The position numbers and the translations under genes are program-made. From NCBI GenBank assembly GCA_963835915.1, contig CAWIHE010000004.1, positions 696,248 to 760,247 of the forward strand: a stretch of DNA of 64,000 nt, given 5' to 3'. Positions within the stretch are counted from its first letter, which is position 1. Every line of letters starts with the position of its first letter. This document shows positions 1 through 8,780 of the stretch, in pieces. Under the pieces are notes generated by a model. That model had not been told where the DNA came from and did not search any database. It saw only the letters and a list, made by a program, of their open reading frames with translations. Source of the DNA: Candidatus Uhrbacteria bacterium (GTDB lineage: Bacteria > Patescibacteriota > Patescibacteriia > 2-12-FULL-60-25).

Positions 1-1076
1 ACCAGCCCTTCATCACGAGCGACGCGAATGGGCCCAAGCACCTGCTCCTCAAGATGACGCGCGCAAAGCTCGAAGAGCTCGTCGGCAGTCTCGTCGTAAA
101 GACGCTCGAGCCGTGCAGGAAGGCGCTCGCGGACGCAAAGCTCTCGGCGTCCGACCTCCACGAGGTCATTCTCGTCGGCGGGATGACGCGGATGCCGCTC
201 GTCCAGCAGGAAGTCGAAAAGTTTTTCGGCAAGAAACCGAACGTGACCGTGAATCCGGACGAGGTCGTCGCGCTCGGCGCGGCGGTCCAGGCGGGCAACC
301 TCCAGGGCGACATCAAAGGCGATCTCCTCCTGCTCGACGTGACGCCGCTTTCGCTCGGCCTTGAGACGTACGGCGGCGTCTTCACGAAGATCATCGAGCG
401 GAATACGACGATCCCGACGTCCAAATCACAGGTCTTCTCGACGGCGTCCGACGGCCAGCCGAGCGTCGAGGTCCATGTCCTCCAGGGCGAGCGCGAGATG
501 GCCGGCGACAACCGTTCGCTCGGCCGGTTCATGCTGAGCGGCATTCCGCCCGCGCCGCGCGGCGTCCCGCAGATCGAGGTCACGTTCGATCTCGACGCGA
601 ACGGGATCCTGAACGTGAAAGCGAAGGACCGTGCGACGAACAAGGAACAGCAGATCACGATCACGGCGTCGACGAACCTCTCGAAAGACGAAGTCGAACG
701 GATGAAGAAGGAGGCGGAGGCGAACGCGGAGTCCGACAAGAAGCGTCGGGAGTCCATCGAGATCAAGAATATGGGCGAGACGATGGTCTACACGACGGAG
801 AAGATGCTGAAGGAGGCCGGCGATAAGGTGACGGCGGATGAGAAGAAGCCGGTTGAGGAACAACTCGAAGAACTCAAGACGGCGCTCAGAGGCGAGGATG
901 TCGAGGCGATCAAGCGCGCATCGGATGCGCTCGCGACCGCCGCGCAAGCCGTCGGTGCGAAGATGTATGAGCAGGCAAAATCAGCCGGAACGGACTCGAC
1001 AGATTCTGCTGGATCTGCAGACGGTCAGCCTGGGGACAATTCCGGCCCGGTCGAAGGTGATTTTTCGCAGAAATAA
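1..1076 (+). CDS. dnaK: Molecular chaperone DnaK (Hsp70), C-terminal ~357 aa; 5' end outside window
   Basis: Frame is open from nt 3 ([27 protein letters not shown]). Substrate-binding-domain motifs [11 protein letters not shown] and [26 protein letters not shown]. Acidic tail; TAA at 1074-1076. Confidence 0.95.
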   Translation, partial: QPFITSDANGPKHLLLKMTRAKLEELVGSLVVKTLEPCRKALADAKLSASDLHEVILVGGMTRMPLVQQEVEKFFGKKPNVTVNPDEVVALGAAVQAGNLQGDIKGDLLLLDVTPLSLGLETYGGVFTKIIERNTTIPTSKSQVFSTASDGQPSVEVHVLQGEREMAGDNRSLGRFMLSGIPPAPRGVPQIEVTFDLDANGILNVKAKDRATNKEQQITITASTNLSKDEVERMKKEAEANAESDKKRRESIEIKNMGETMVYTTEKMLKEAGDKVTADEKKPVEEQLEELKTALRGEDVEAIKRASDALATAAQAVGAKMYEQAKSAGTDSTDSAGSADGQPGDNSGPVEGDFSQK

Positions 1077-1113
1077 GCCCCTTAAAGCCGTCCACGAACG
1101 GGTGTTTGTGGCG

Positions 1114-1119
1114 TACAAT
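1114..1119 (+). promoter_or_regulatory. Candidate -10 box TACAAT, 10 nt upstream of ATG 1130
   Basis: gcgTACAATagagtgcagtATG. It lies downstream of the TTG (1106) used by the ORF track, which favours ATG 1130 as the start. Confidence 0.35.
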
Positions 1120-1129
1120 AGAGTGCAGT

Positions 1130-2020
1130 ATGAAAAAGAAGAAGGCGAAGACGGGGGCGAAGAAGAGGGCGGGCAGGCGGATTGTCGTCAAGCACGCAAG
1201 CAGGACGCGGACAGCGGCAAAACGGGCCATCAAAAAGCGCGCGAAGATCGTTCGGCGGCAGCCCAAGAAGAAGTCACGAGTCACCCTCCTCCGCCAAGGC
1301 TCCGGGGGGCGCACGAGTCACGAGTCACGAGTAGGGGCACGCCGCGCGCGCCCGAAACAAAAAAAGACGGTCGTGGCGGTTGTGGCGGAGGCGCCGAGCG
1401 GGACGTTGTTTCCGTACGGGATCAAGCGGCATGGGGATCTCGCATGGCATCTCGCGCAGTTCGAGCGATCGTTGAAGAAGTTCAGCGAGGAGGATAAGGA
1501 AGTCCTGCGGCGCGCGCTCAAGTTCGCGAAAGAGCGTCACGAGACGCAGGTTCGGAAAGACGGGTCGCCGTTCATCATCCATCCGGTCAGGATCGCGAAC
1601 ACGATAGCATCCGAGTGGGGGATCCATGAGATGCCGATCATTGCGGCGGCGCTCCTCCATGACGTCATCGAGGATACGCAGACGACGATCCGCGAGGTGA
1701 AGGACGGGTTCGGCGAAGGGATCGGGAAGCTCGTGGACGGACTCACGATGTGGCCGGGCAGCGAAACGCCGGAAGTCTACCTGAAACGCGTCGCGCGCGG
1801 TCCGCGGGAGCTCCGCATCGTCAAGTGCGCGGACGTGCTGGACAACCTCCGTTCGTGGCACGAGTGCCGCGAAGGGATCGCGGACCAATTCACGCGGTGG
1901 TGGCGCCAGGCGCACGACTTCGCGCTCCCCATGGCCGAGTCCACGCTCGACGTCGCCGCAAAACGGATCCGCGAGATCGTCGAGGACCCGTGGTACCTGA
2001 AGAAGGCGAACATGGTCTAG
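1130..2020 (+). CDS. HD-domain protein (RelA/SpoT-type (p)ppGpp hydrolase-like) with a ~90-aa poly-basic N-terminal tail
   Basis: HD motif region RHETQVRKDGSPFIIHPVRIA ... AALLHDVIEDT. N-terminus MKKKKAKTGAKKRAGRR. The start is uncertain (TTG 1106, ATG 1130, or in-frame GTGs near 1373). Confidence 0.7.
   Translation: MKKKKAKTGAKKRAGRRIVVKHASRTRTAAKRAIKKRAKIVRRQPKKKSRVTLLRQGSGGRTSHESRVGARRARPKQKKTVVAVVAEAPSGTLFPYGIKRHGDLAWHLAQFERSLKKFSEEDKEVLRRALKFAKERHETQVRKDGSPFIIHPVRIANTIASEWGIHEMPIIAAALLHDVIEDTQTTIREVKDGFGEGIGKLVDGLTMWPGSETPEVYLKRVARGPRELRIVKCADVLDNLRSWHECREGIADQFTRWWRQAHDFALPMAESTLDVAAKRIREIVEDPWYLKKANMV
1273..1332. repeat. GTCACGA heptamer repeats (family D), in frame within the N-terminal tail of the HD protein
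   Basis: gtcacgagtcac at 1273-1284 and cacgagtcacgagtcacgagt at 1312-1332. The same unit occurs at 22054-22179, 33103-33133 and 57934-57963. Confidence 0.8.
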
Positions 2021-2100
2021 GAGTAGTAGTTGGCAGTGAATAGTTGCAGTCAACCGTAAATATCTGGCTATTCCTACTGCTACTGCCACTACCAACTATT
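2021..2100. repeat. Imperfect TAG/CTA-rich intergenic hairpin (family E)
   Basis: gagtagtagttggcagtgaatag ... ctattcctactgctactgccactaccaactatt; the arms are partly complementary. Confidence 0.5.
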
Positions 2101-2115
2101 AGTATTAACTCAGTC

Positions 2116-2994
2116 ATGACGACCAGTGGACTGAAACGCATTACTCTGATCGGCATCGCGGCCGTGATCGTGATTGTCGTCCTTGCGGTTGCCGTGATTT
2201 CCGTTTCGCACGGGAAGGCCGTCCATCCGCCGGTGAAGCCGAGAACGGATCTGGCGAAGATCGGCGATTTTCCGGCGACGTCGACGGATGCGGATGTGAA
2301 GACGAAACTCCTCAACGCATTTCGGGCCGGACGGCTCGCGGAACTCTGGTCCGGCGATATCCCGAACGGGAACGGGCGTCTCGTCCTCGCCGCACCGACG
2401 CCGGATGGGACGTCCGAAACCGGATCATGCTCGGATGCAGGCCGTCTCTGCGCGTTCTACGTAGCGGGCGGCGCGGAGGGCGCGGGAAGACTCCTCATCG
2501 CTGGAGAACGGGTTACGGGGTTCCGCGCGGTTGAAGCATTCCAGGATGACGGCCATGCGCGGATTGCGACGGAATTTTCTCTTTACGACTACTCGAACGT
2601 GAGCCGTTATCTCCTCGATCTGAAGAACGGCAATCTCGTTCCGCTCCTCGTCCTCGAAATCGATTCGGACGAATCGTCGTCCGCCTCGCTCCAGGCGAGC
2701 GGGTATGGCTCCATCCTCAAGCTCGCGATCAGCGGAACCCGGACGAACGGACGATTTACCCCTTCGAAGGTCGACGTGACCGAGGATGACGGTGCCGTCA
2801 TTTCATCGCTTGACGCCTCGTCCGTCGCGCGTCTCGCGAAATCGTCCGCCTCCGCCGACCAGCCCGTTCCGGCGATCACGATCAGCCCGTCGAATGACGA
2901 TACGCGCACGCTCGCCATCGGCATCGAACTCTCCGGCGTCCCGTACGTGTTCGATCTTAAGTCGAAGACGCTTGATTCGGTGATGAGTCAGTGA
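2116..2994 (+). CDS. Hypothetical membrane-anchored protein
   Basis: ATG 2116 gives MTTSGLKRITLIGIAAVIVIVVLAVAVISV (N-terminal TM helix). The ORF-track start (TTG 2044) lies inside the hairpin. TGA at 2992-2994. Confidence 0.65.
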   Translation: MTTSGLKRITLIGIAAVIVIVVLAVAVISVSHGKAVHPPVKPRTDLAKIGDFPATSTDADVKTKLLNAFRAGRLAELWSGDIPNGNGRLVLAAPTPDGTSETGSCSDAGRLCAFYVAGGAEGAGRLLIAGERVTGFRAVEAFQDDGHARIATEFSLYDYSNVSRYLLDLKNGNLVPLLVLEIDSDESSSASLQASGYGSILKLAISGTRTNGRFTPSKVDVTEDDGAVISSLDASSVARLAKSSASADQPVPAITISPSNDDTRTLAIGIELSGVPYVFDLKSKTLDSVMSQ

Positions 2995-3053
2995 GTTAAT
3001 AGTACAGAGTATGTAGTAATAGTAGGACGCGCGGATCCATTCTGAACTATCAA

Positions 3054-3076
3054 CTACAAACTACAAACTACAAACT
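3054..3076. repeat. Tandem heptamer CTACAAA x3 upstream of dnaJ
   Basis: ctacaaactacaaactacaaact, preceded by tagtaatagtagga (family E-like arm). Confidence 0.8.
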
Positions 3077-3081
3077 GAGCC

Positions 3082-4158
3082 ATGCCCCGCGACTACTACG
3101 AAATCCTCGGCGTCCCGAAAGGTGCGAGCGAAGACGATCTGAAAAAAGCCTTTCGCAAGAAGGCCCATGAATTGCATCCGGACAAGGGCGGGGATGAAAA
3201 GGCGTTCAAAGAAGTGAACGAGGCGTATCAGGTGCTCGGCGATGCGAAGAAGCGCGCCGCGTACGACCAATTCGGCCATGCGGCGTTCCAGCAAGGCGGC
3301 GCAGGTGCCGGTCCGCAGGGATTCGGCGGATTCAACGTCAACTTCGAGGACATGGGCGACCTCGGCGACCTCTTCGGGAACATGTTCGGGTTTGGAGGGG
3401 CGGGCGGGACGTCTCGCGGCGGACAGAGGCGTCGCGGGAACGATGTCGAAGTCCGCGTCGAGATCACGTTCATGGAAGCCGTCCGCGGCACGGAGAAGAC
3501 CGTGAGCTATCGCGCATTGACGGCCTGCGAGGCGTGCGGAGGATCAGGAGCCGAAAAAGGGTCCAAGACGGTCTCATGTCCCGCGTGTAAGGGTTCAGGA
3601 CGCGTCACGCGCCTCCAGCAGACGATCCTCGGATCATTCCAGACCGTCGCCGCGTGCGAGAAGTGCCGTGGCACGGGATCCGTCCCCGAGCGGACGTGTC
3701 CATCCTGCCACGGGAACGGTGTCATCGGCGCGAACCGGACGTTCTCCGTGTCGATTCCCGCCGGCATTGATGACGGCGAGTCGATCAGGGTCTCGGGATC
3801 CGGTGAAGCGGCGCCACACGGCGGAGCCGCTGGCGACCTCTACGTCCACGTCCGCGTGAAAGTAGATTCGAGGTTCACGCGCGAAGGGAATGACGTTGTG
3901 AGCGAGGCGTATGCGCCGATGTCGGCGTTCGCGCTCGGAGGGAAGATCGACGTCGAAACCGTTGACGGTCCCGTCGAACTGAAAGTCCCGGCAGGGACGG
4001 ATGCCGGAACCGTCTTCCGGCTCCGCGGCAAAGGGATCCCATACCTGCGAAGCCACTCGCGCGGAGATCACCTCGTCACGCTGAAGCCGGAAATTCCAAA
4101 AAAGCTTTCGCGCGAACAGCGGAAGCTCCTTGAGGGACTCTCTGGTATGGGGCTCTAA
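3082..4158 (+). CDS. dnaJ: Co-chaperone DnaJ (Hsp40)
   Basis: J domain DYYEILGV...HPDK, G/F-rich linker, four CxxCxGxG zinc-finger repeats ([32 protein letters not shown]). Confidence 0.97.
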   Translation: MPRDYYEILGVPKGASEDDLKKAFRKKAHELHPDKGGDEKAFKEVNEAYQVLGDAKKRAAYDQFGHAAFQQGGAGAGPQGFGGFNVNFEDMGDLGDLFGNMFGFGGAGGTSRGGQRRRGNDVEVRVEITFMEAVRGTEKTVSYRALTACEACGGSGAEKGSKTVSCPACKGSGRVTRLQQTILGSFQTVAACEKCRGTGSVPERTCPSCHGNGVIGANRTFSVSIPAGIDDGESIRVSGSGEAAPHGGAAGDLYVHVRVKVDSRFTREGNDVVSEAYAPMSAFALGGKIDVETVDGPVELKVPAGTDAGTVFRLRGKGIPYLRSHSRGDHLVTLKPEIPKKLSREQRKLLEGLSGMGL

Positions 4159-4191
4159 TGGGCGAACGGCTTACGCGTCCGCCAGCCCGTT

Positions 4192-4815
4192 TCACGAAGG
4201 TCGCGCGTTTACCGTAATCGCTTTCGCGGTGATCGTCGCTTCGTTTTTAAGATCAGATCCGTCGCCGTACACCGCGATTACGTCTCCGACCTTGAGGTCG
4301 GCGATTGTTATTTTATTGGTCGCGTTTGGCGATGGAGGCATCGGCGGGGCCGAAGGCGCTCCCGGCTTGAACGATCGCTGCTGGGCCATGTACGTCTTTA
4401 CTTGTTTTGCGAGATCTTCCGGCTTGAGTGGAGCGATCAACGAAATCTGCGTATCTTTTGTAACGACCACCTGCCGTTCAGCACCGATGCCGTCGATGTT
4501 TTTATCCGTCATGATGCTCGTGACGTTGACGGTCAGCGTATTCCCATTGATCTTCACGATATTCGCGCTCAAGGCCGGTACCGGCATTGATGCCATCGGG
4601 TTGATCGCCGAGGCCTGCGTGGCCGCTTTCACGTATCCCTCGGAATACCCTTGCGAATACGTTTTGATCTTAAGCGACGACGGACCGACGCTCTGGATGA
4701 TGACGAGTGAGAGCGCAACGACGAACAGGCAGAGCGCGACGATGAGGAGGACGCGCCGCGAGGCGTTTGTGTCCGACTTTTTTGAATAGCGTGCAATGGG
4801 TGACATACGCGCCAT
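4192..4815 (-). CDS. Hypothetical membrane-anchored protein
   Basis: N-terminal TM segment VLLIVALCLFVVALSLVIIQ. The composition looks protein-like, unlike the overlapping + strand ORF. Confidence 0.6.
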   Translation of the reverse strand: MARMSPIARYSKKSDTNASRRVLLIVALCLFVVALSLVIIQSVGPSSLKIKTYSQGYSEGYVKAATQASAINPMASMPVPALSANIVKINGNTLTVNVTSIMTDKNIDGIGAERQVVVTKDTQISLIAPLKPEDLAKQVKTYMAQQRSFKPGAPSAPPMPPSPNATNKITIADLKVGDVIAVYGDGSDLKNEATITAKAITVNARPS

Positions 4816-4902
4816 AGTATAGCATGTCAGGGCGGCCTGACGCGAAGGAACTGTCCCATGTGGATAAAAAGATCCTTATGATATATTCTTACGCGTGGGA
4901 AA

Positions 4903-6075
4903 ATGCAGAAACATATGAAGGTGATCAACCGCGTTCATCCATCCGTCGCCGAATGCCTCCTGGCCATCCGTATAGATGGTGCTGGCTCGGTCTTCGATCC
5001 GTTCCCCGGTGCGCATCATCTCCTTGAGCACCTGGTCGCTTCGCATGTCGAAGCAGCCATCGTAAAACGAGGAGGGCGTTTTGAGGCTCATACGTATCGC
5101 GAGTATCAAACATTTATGTGCGCCGTTCAATGTGATCGCGCGGCAGAGGCAGTCAGGGGAATCACGGGCGGATTTCAGTTCGTGTGCGATGGTTCTTGGA
5201 GTGATGCGCAGCAGACAAAGGCAATCGGCATGATGAAGAAAGAGCGATTCACACACCTTCGCAATCCGCATGAGCGGCTCATGGAAGAACTGGACAGCGC
5301 CGTTCTGTGTATGGCGTATGCCCGCCCTTCATCCCTCATCGAGGTCCCCGCTGGACTCCAAAAAAAACAGTTCGTTTCACTTGCGCGTTCCGTGTATCAC
5401 CCGGACAACATGTGCATGATTTGTCTGGGGCCAAACGGAGACGTGAACCAAAAAGCGATTGACGCGAGCGAGGTCGTCGCGTTCCATGACGGCACTCTAC
5501 TTGCGTATCCTCCGTGTGAACGTACCGTAAAAATAATAAAAACAGAATCGCCATCATCGAGCGAAGCATTTCTGCGCATGGATCTTCCCGGTTTTGGACT
5601 GCAGTCGCCTGAACACTTCATCAACCGAATTGCTGCGAATTTGTTATCAGGCCCCCTCTATGCGCTTGAAGCGCAACTTGGTGAAAACGGATCAGCCCTC
5701 TGTTACGATTTGTTTTCCGATACCGCGGAATTTCATTCCTTTGCCCAGATTAATCTTGGAGCGGCGTGTTTGAAAAAGGATTTGACGAACGTAAAGGAGA
5801 TTATTTTGAAATATATATGCGCATTACCTCAAAACGCATTCCATTCGAATACGTGGGAATTGATGCGCGCGCAAACGGAACAAGAAGTTAAAATTCTCGA
5901 ATCAGAGCCGTATGACCTGTTCGATTTTTTGATGCTGGAGTCGGATAGTCGCACGATACGTACTCCGGAGCCAAGAGATCTTTTGTATCCGTGGACGCAA
6001 GACGCTAAGCGCATCAAGGAATTGCTGAAGAGGACGTGTGATCCTGCTGCCGTAGCAATTGCGATCGCTGCATAG
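4903..6075 (+). CDS. M16 (pitrilysin/insulinase)-family zinc peptidase-like protein
   Basis: Inverted zinc motif HxxEH present as GAHHLLEHLV; length ~390 aa. The region is AT-richer than its flanks. Confidence 0.55.
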   Translation: MQKHMKVINRVHPSVAECLLAIRIDGAGSVFDPFPGAHHLLEHLVASHVEAAIVKRGGRFEAHTYREYQTFMCAVQCDRAAEAVRGITGGFQFVCDGSWSDAQQTKAIGMMKKERFTHLRNPHERLMEELDSAVLCMAYARPSSLIEVPAGLQKKQFVSLARSVYHPDNMCMICLGPNGDVNQKAIDASEVVAFHDGTLLAYPPCERTVKIIKTESPSSSEAFLRMDLPGFGLQSPEHFINRIAANLLSGPLYALEAQLGENGSALCYDLFSDTAEFHSFAQINLGAACLKKDLTNVKEIILKYICALPQNAFHSNTWELMRAQTEQEVKILESEPYDLFDFLMLESDSRTIRTPEPRDLLYPWTQDAKRIKELLKRTCDPAAVAIAIAA

Positions 6076-6079
6076 AAAT

Positions 6080-6109
6080 GGAGCCTGGGTAGATATCTAC
6101 CCAGGCTCC
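6080..6109. terminator. Perfect 13-bp stem hairpin between convergent genes (bidirectional terminator-like)
   Basis: ggagcctgggtag-atat-ctacccaggctcc; there is no clear U-tract. Confidence 0.55.
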
Positions 6110-6138
6110 GCGAGAAACGCCCCCGACTGCGTCTGCAC

Positions 6139-6333
6139 CTACTTCGGGATTCTTTTACTGGAAGTCCCCTTGTACGTGGAGCCGGACGACTTGTTGACGT
6201 TGCGTTGGCCCTTTGAACCTGTTCCGGATACCGGGTTATTTCTACCCTGTGAGCCCGAGAATCCTCCCGACTTGCCGGAACCACCCGACTTGCCGGAGCC
6301 TCCAGATCCAAAGAAATTGCCAAAAATACCCAT
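6139..6333 (-). CDS. Small Gly/Ser/Lys-rich protein (64 aa), function unknown
   Basis: MGIFGNFFGSGGSGKSGGSGKSGGFSGSQG.... Strong SD on the minus strand: gcaaaacAAGGAGAcagaaATG. Confidence 0.55.
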   Translation of the reverse strand: MGIFGNFFGSGGSGKSGGSGKSGGFSGSQGRNNPVSGTGSKGQRNVNKSSGSTYKGTSSKRIPK

Positions 6334-6700
6334 TTCTGTCTCCTTGTTTTGCTTCAGTCGAAGCTTTTATGAAAATAAGGCATAAAAGAATAAAAGTCAA
6401 GTCACCATCGTCCTACTACGTAGGGCTGCATGAGACTTGGAGGACTGACCTTTACTTTCTATTTTTCTTGACAAGCGTATAATCAATATGCATGGGTCTG
6501 GCATTCCTGTGGACATCCATCGGTCGCGAAAGTCTGCCACACTTGACAGTTTCGCGTAATAATGCTAGCCTTAGCACAACCTGCCTTTTTGCGCATTGGT
6601 GCGCATTTAGGTGATGGTGAGGGGTAGAAAGTCTTTTAGGACCTTCAGCACCTTTAAAAACTGACAGGTCCAAATACACTGGATAGAGAAGGAGACGACC

Positions 6701-8695
6701 ATGAAAAAGTTTCAGGGTTTGGTTTTGGCCGTCTTCGGCTCCGCCCTGGCACTTGCTTGTGGCGGCACCGGAGATGCAAATAACAATCTTCACACGGTTC
6801 TTGCCTGCGAAGTCATTGATGGCGGAAGCTGTGTGAATGGCGCGGCTGGCATGAATACAGCCGGCGCAGCGGGCGATAGCGCTGTCAATCCTGGAAGCGA
6901 TTCCGGCGTTGGCGGGAACGCACCCTCGACTGGCGGCAAAGCTTCGTCCACCGGCGGTAATCAATCTACTGGCGGATCGGCTCAAGCAGGCGCGTCCCCG
7001 CAAGGCGGACAAGCGCCCGGCACGGGCGGCAACGCCCCTTCGACTGGCGGGTCTTCACCGCAATCAACCGGCGGATCCACTCCGGCTTCGACTGGTGGAA
7101 ATCAGTCGACGACGGGCGGTTCCTCGCCTCAAGCGACGGGTGGCTCAAATCCGGCAACGGGTGGGAGCAATCCGGGAACCGGCGGATCCACTCCGCAGTC
7201 TACGGGCGGCAACGCCCCTTCGACTGGCGGGTCTTCACCGCAATCGACTGGCGGATCCACTCCTGTCTCGACTGGTGGAAATCAGTCGACGACGGGCGGT
7301 TCCTCGCCTCAAGCGACGGGTGGCTCAAATCCGGCAACGGGTGGGAGCAATCCGGGAACCGGCGGCAGTTCGCCGCAATCCACAGGTGGCAACCAATCTA
7401 CCGGCGGAACCTCTACCGGAGGAACTGCGACGGGTGGAAGCAAAACCGGTGGAACCTCGACGGGTGGAAACGCCCCTAGCGGGGGCAGCGGCCCCACTTC
7501 TACCGGCGGCACCGCCACAGGCGGCATGGGAACGGGTGGAATCGCAACGGGCGGAACTGCTCCTGCGTGTGTCCCCAGCCCACGTCCGGCCCTAGTGCCG
7601 GATAACGGGCCGGCGATTCATTGCACGGTCACACCGGATTCGACGTTCCCGGCAACTCAACACCTGAATGGAGAGATCCAGTGTCTGCCCTCGGGCGACT
7701 GCTTCCTTCTTTCTGGTACTGAAGCAAGGAATCACCAGATTCTACGCAAGACAAACGGAGCGTGGGCTCCGGAAACGCTTCCCGCCTCGCTCTTCCCGGG
7801 TGATGCCGAAACATACAACCTGTGGTTCTACGGAATCTCAGGGACGCGTCTCGACAACATGTGGGCAGTCGGCGCAAATAGGCCGGTTGCGATCATCCGG
7901 CGAGCCGCGGATGGCACGTGGTCTGAGCAGACCAATGGCCTCGTCTCCAAGACTGGGTGGAATATCCGATGGGCCCAGTCAATCTGGGCGTCAGAAGATA
8001 GTGCTTTCGTGACCACGGAAGAGACCAACCCCTGCCCGAACGGCTGCACGACTGCACAGGCGCAAGAAACCGATGCAGGCATCTATCAGTGGGTCGGTTC
8101 TAGCTGGAAGGCAATGGATCTACCTGCTCACGAGAAGCACATCGGCCTCCAGAAGATCTGGGGGACGTCCAACACTGACGTATTCGCAGTGGGCTGCATC
8201 TTTGATGCGCAGCCTGACTCGGGCACGTTCCAGTCCTGCATTCGTGGAGTGCTTTGGCACTATGACGGGTGCACGTGGTCGGATCTTACGGGTTCCGTGC
8301 CTCAAGACGTAAGAGCCTTGAACGGTGTCCACGGAAGCGGTGGACATATCGTAGTCGTTGGTGCTGCCATCACGGCTGATAGAGATCGGCCAGTCAGGCT
8401 GTTTTCCACCGACTTGAATCAGTGGCAGAGGTCTGACGGGACGATCCGGGCAGGCGATGGGCCAGTCTGGATGGCTGGCGCAAATAACATATACGTAGGC
8501 AGTACGCTCGAGGATGCTGCCGGAAACGACGTGATCGATGGTGCTAGAGTCACGCTCCTTAGTAATGGGGCTTGGCAGCAGCCGGTATATACCGGAGGGT
8601 CTGCCGACGAAGTCGTGTCGGGAATTTCAGTAGGCAGTGCTCCATACATTGCCACTCAGGGCTCATCCGGAGCCCGCGTGTATACCTGTCAGTAA
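6701..8695 (+). CDS. Secreted lipoprotein with a long (S/T)TGG-type Gly/Ser/Thr/Pro repeat linker and a globular C-terminal domain (possibly beta-propeller)
   Basis: Strong SD gaGAAGGAGAcgaccATG. Signal peptide plus lipobox MKKFQGLVLAVFGSALALAC|GG. Dozens of xSTGG repeats. The C-terminal half has recurring W/F-x-V-G strands (MWAVGA, VFAVGC, IVVVGA). Confidence 0.75.
   Translation: MKKFQGLVLAVFGSALALACGGTGDANNNLHTVLACEVIDGGSCVNGAAGMNTAGAAGDSAVNPGSDSGVGGNAPSTGGKASSTGGNQSTGGSAQAGASPQGGQAPGTGGNAPSTGGSSPQSTGGSTPASTGGNQSTTGGSSPQATGGSNPATGGSNPGTGGSTPQSTGGNAPSTGGSSPQSTGGSTPVSTGGNQSTTGGSSPQATGGSNPATGGSNPGTGGSSPQSTGGNQSTGGTSTGGTATGGSKTGGTSTGGNAPSGGSGPTSTGGTATGGMGTGGIATGGTAPACVPSPRPALVPDNGPAIHCTVTPDSTFPATQHLNGEIQCLPSGDCFLLSGTEARNHQILRKTNGAWAPETLPASLFPGDAETYNLWFYGISGTRLDNMWAVGANRPVAIIRRAADGTWSEQTNGLVSKTGWNIRWAQSIWASEDSAFVTTEETNPCPNGCTTAQAQETDAGIYQWVGSSWKAMDLPAHEKHIGLQKIWGTSNTDVFAVGCIFDAQPDSGTFQSCIRGVLWHYDGCTWSDLTGSVPQDVRALNGVHGSGGHIVVVGAAITADRDRPVRLFSTDLNQWQRSDGTIRAGDGPVWMAGANNIYVGSTLEDAAGNDVIDGARVTLLSNGAWQQPVYTGGSADEVVSGISVGSAPYIATQGSSGARVYTCQ
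7023..7382 (+). repeat. Near-perfect 180-bp tandem duplication (2 copies, 60 aa each) inside the lipoprotein linker
   Basis: cgggcggcaacgccccttcgactggcgggtcttcaccgcaatc recurs at 7023 and 7203; the copies differ at only a few positions by eye. Confidence 0.85.
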
Positions 8696-8725
8696 GCCCC
8701 CTCCGAAAGAGAGGGGGATCGGACT

Positions 8726-8760
8726 AGGCGGCATCGCTATTGCGTGCCGCCTTTTCTGTT
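8726..8760 (+). terminator. Rho-independent terminator after the lipoprotein gene
   Basis: aggcggca-tcgctattgcg-tgccgcct followed by ttttctgtt. An additional small hairpin ccccctc/gaggggg sits at 8697-8717. Confidence 0.7.
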
Positions 8761-8761
8761 G

Positions 8762-8770
8762 TGGTATAAT
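8762..8770 (+). promoter_or_regulatory. Extended -10 promoter element TGgTATAAT, 10 nt upstream of ATG 8781
   Basis: gtTGgTATAATaattaacagtATG; there is no SD between the -10 box and the start. Confidence 0.55.
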
Positions 8771-8780
8771 AATTAACAGT

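Noticed and set aside
6468-6483. Adjacent TTGACA and TATAAT hexamers upstream of the lipoprotein gene
   Set aside because: The spacer is only 4 nt, so they cannot form one sigma70 promoter. TATAAT might act with a weak upstream -35, but I could not support this.
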